Below are positions 62,250 through 64,000 of a stretch of DNA of 64,000 nt, piece by piece. The stretch lies in assembly GCA_004022145.1 (NCBI GenBank), contig RCNU01000003.1, one strand, 5' to 3'. The stretch comes from Paecilomyces variotii. Its lineage: Eukaryota. Under the pieces are notes generated by a model, which saw only the letters and a list, made by a program, of their open reading frames with translations, ran no database searches and was not told the origin of the DNA. Numbering within the stretch: the stretch's first letter is position 1; each line of letters begins with the position of its first letter. The translations under genes and the position numbers were made by a program.

Positions 62250-64000
62250 TTAATTAGCATTGGAGTCAGCACGTGCTTTCGCCTGTTGCTGATACTCGTA
62301 TTCGGCAAGGCTCTGTCTCTTGATGTAATCCATGACGATATCCATCTCTGACTTCTCAGATTGAGCTTTTTTCTGGGATTCTTCATGTATCCTCTTTGAC
62401 TCTGCAATGGCGCGTTGTAATTCCGCATCTTCGTCATCATCTGATGACCCAGCCACAGCAGAACGTGGAGGTAGTTCTGGTCGATAAGCCGGGGAATTCT
62501 GAGTAGCTTCAGTTGTACCGCCAGCATTCGGCAATAAAATTTGAGGGCCTTCACGTTCATTCTTTACGCGTTCTGCTTCTTTTATGCTGGCTTCAATAGC
62601 GCGGTTGTAAGCGCTTTCCTCGTCCTCGCCAGCGGACGCAGCGGTTTCGAGCTCAAGCACACTAGCACGCAAAGCACGTTCGATCATCTCATCTTCCTCG
62701 GGATTCCCCTTCGACGTCTGACGTACGGATTCATGGATTGCTTCTTCGTACTCAGGCGGGATGGAAGCAGATTGATTGCTGGCCGCAGGTGACCGACTGC
62801 CTAGTCTTTCGGCGGCAGGGGAGAGCGCGCTCTTTCCGCTGGCTGACTGTTCGAAGAGACCTTTTGACCTCAAATCACGCACGATTCCTTTAGTACGATA
62901 ATGATCTCGAGTCTGCTTCGCCTTGAGACCGGCTTGCACTTCTTGCCATCGCCTGATGACATCTTCGCGTTCACCAGCACTTGCTCGTTCGTATTCCATT
63001 GCACCTTGAGCACAACGAGAAGCAATCATATAGCCGCCGACGTTTTCGCCGAATTGTTTTTGTATCTGCTTGTAAATACCACTCATCGTGTAACCGGTTA
63101 AGGCCCAGATACCTATACAGTGTTAGTGTTTAAATTACCATAAGATATGTCCGAATTCACTGACCTGCGGCGGGCTTGAGGACTAGGCCTCCGATCCCTT
63201 TGCCGAAGCCCTTCAAGGCACCTGCAGCGCCATCCTTTTTGGCTCCAGCCAAAGGCTGTGTTGCGAGCCCAGAGATACCGTCAAAAAATCCGTAGCCAAA
63301 CTCCTAAGCAAACATAATGAGTGGGATGACGTAAATACGGGCACGACAAGTCTTGTTGACAAACCTTTGTAGCAGCCTTAAAACCACTCTTGATTCCTGT
63401 AACCCTGTGTGGCTCTCGAACTGTATCATCCCCGTATAGGAGAGGTGCGTTATGGAAACCCCTAGCCACTGCCATAGTAAAGATGGTAGGAGCTCTCATG
63501 CCCACATTTAGTATCTTGCCTGCGGCTCGTGTCGAATTAATGGCCGTTTCGAGATTGAATTTCTCAGCACTTTCTGTAGCCGTACTCTGTTGAGATTTCC
63601 TGGAAGGTGAACTTGATCCCGTTTCTTTGGATGTAGTCGGTTCACATCGTTCCTCGCCACTGAGAGCAGAGTGCCTCGTAGTTCTCAATTCTGTAGAGCT
63701 CTTCTCCGATTCAGATTCGAGATTACGGGAACTTTCCATGACCTGCTGCGAGGAACTCGGAGAATCGCCACCCTTACTGGAAGTGCGAGATGGCTTTATA
63801 GTCCTTTTGACCTCGTGAGGGATGTCGACAATGCTCATCATGATGTCTCCTATATTGCCGATCATAGCAGCACCACCACCTGTGACGGGATCCGAGGGAC
63901 CTGGGTCCGTATCATACTCCCGTGCTCGGTACCTGAAACTGTCATTACCAGCAGCATAGTAAATAGTTATGAAAGAAGGCTTACAATTTGAGATCATTGA
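62250..64000 (-). CDS. 3' part of a sterol glucosyltransferase-like (GT1) protein with C-terminal UIM-like repeats; 5' truncated by the window
   Basis: YRAREYDTDPGPSDPVTGG, ARGFHNAPLLYGDDTVR, VTGIKSGFKAA/EFGYGFFDGISGLATQP...KGFGKGIGG, then repeats IERALRAS, YNRAIEAS, ELQRAIAES. The catalytic domain is outside the window. Confidence 0.78.

Overview
Intron-rich genomic DNA from a filamentous ascomycete. Gene content and style suggest Eurotiales (Aspergillus/Paecilomyces/Talaromyces-like); this is an inference. I reconstructed about 21 protein-coding loci by hand-splicing. A housekeeping backbone (UCH37-type deubiquitinase, choline kinase, auxin-efflux-carrier-family transporter, HOG-pathway MAPKK Pbs2, glutathione reductase, Crh GH16 transglycosylase, mitochondrial ThrRS) is interrupted by accessory-looking blocks. 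(1) About 8.6-21.3 kb: a frameshifted sugar-transporter relic, an APH-like phosphotransferase, an 11-exon catalase-fold gene whose distal catalytic Asn is replaced by Ser, a phospholipase C with one in-frame TGA, and a multicopper oxidase. (2) About 32.7-40.4 kb: a Dal5-type MFS transporter divergent from a DUF1445 (D-glutamate cyclase-like) gene, with a non-canonical tRNA-like Pol III gene between two diverged direct repeats in the spacer, followed by a RIP-like TIR element. (3) About 49.4-61.5 kb: a Zn2Cys6 TF / sugar porter / amidohydrolase trio, a HeLo-like-NACHT-ankyrin NLR and an atypically spaced hydrophobin-like gene. The window ends in the 3' part of a sterol glucosyltransferase-like gene. 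Best leads: the remodelled catalase, the tRNA-like gene with its flanking repeats, the single-stop PLC, and the two small catabolic modules. All family calls come from motif recognition; no database search was run.
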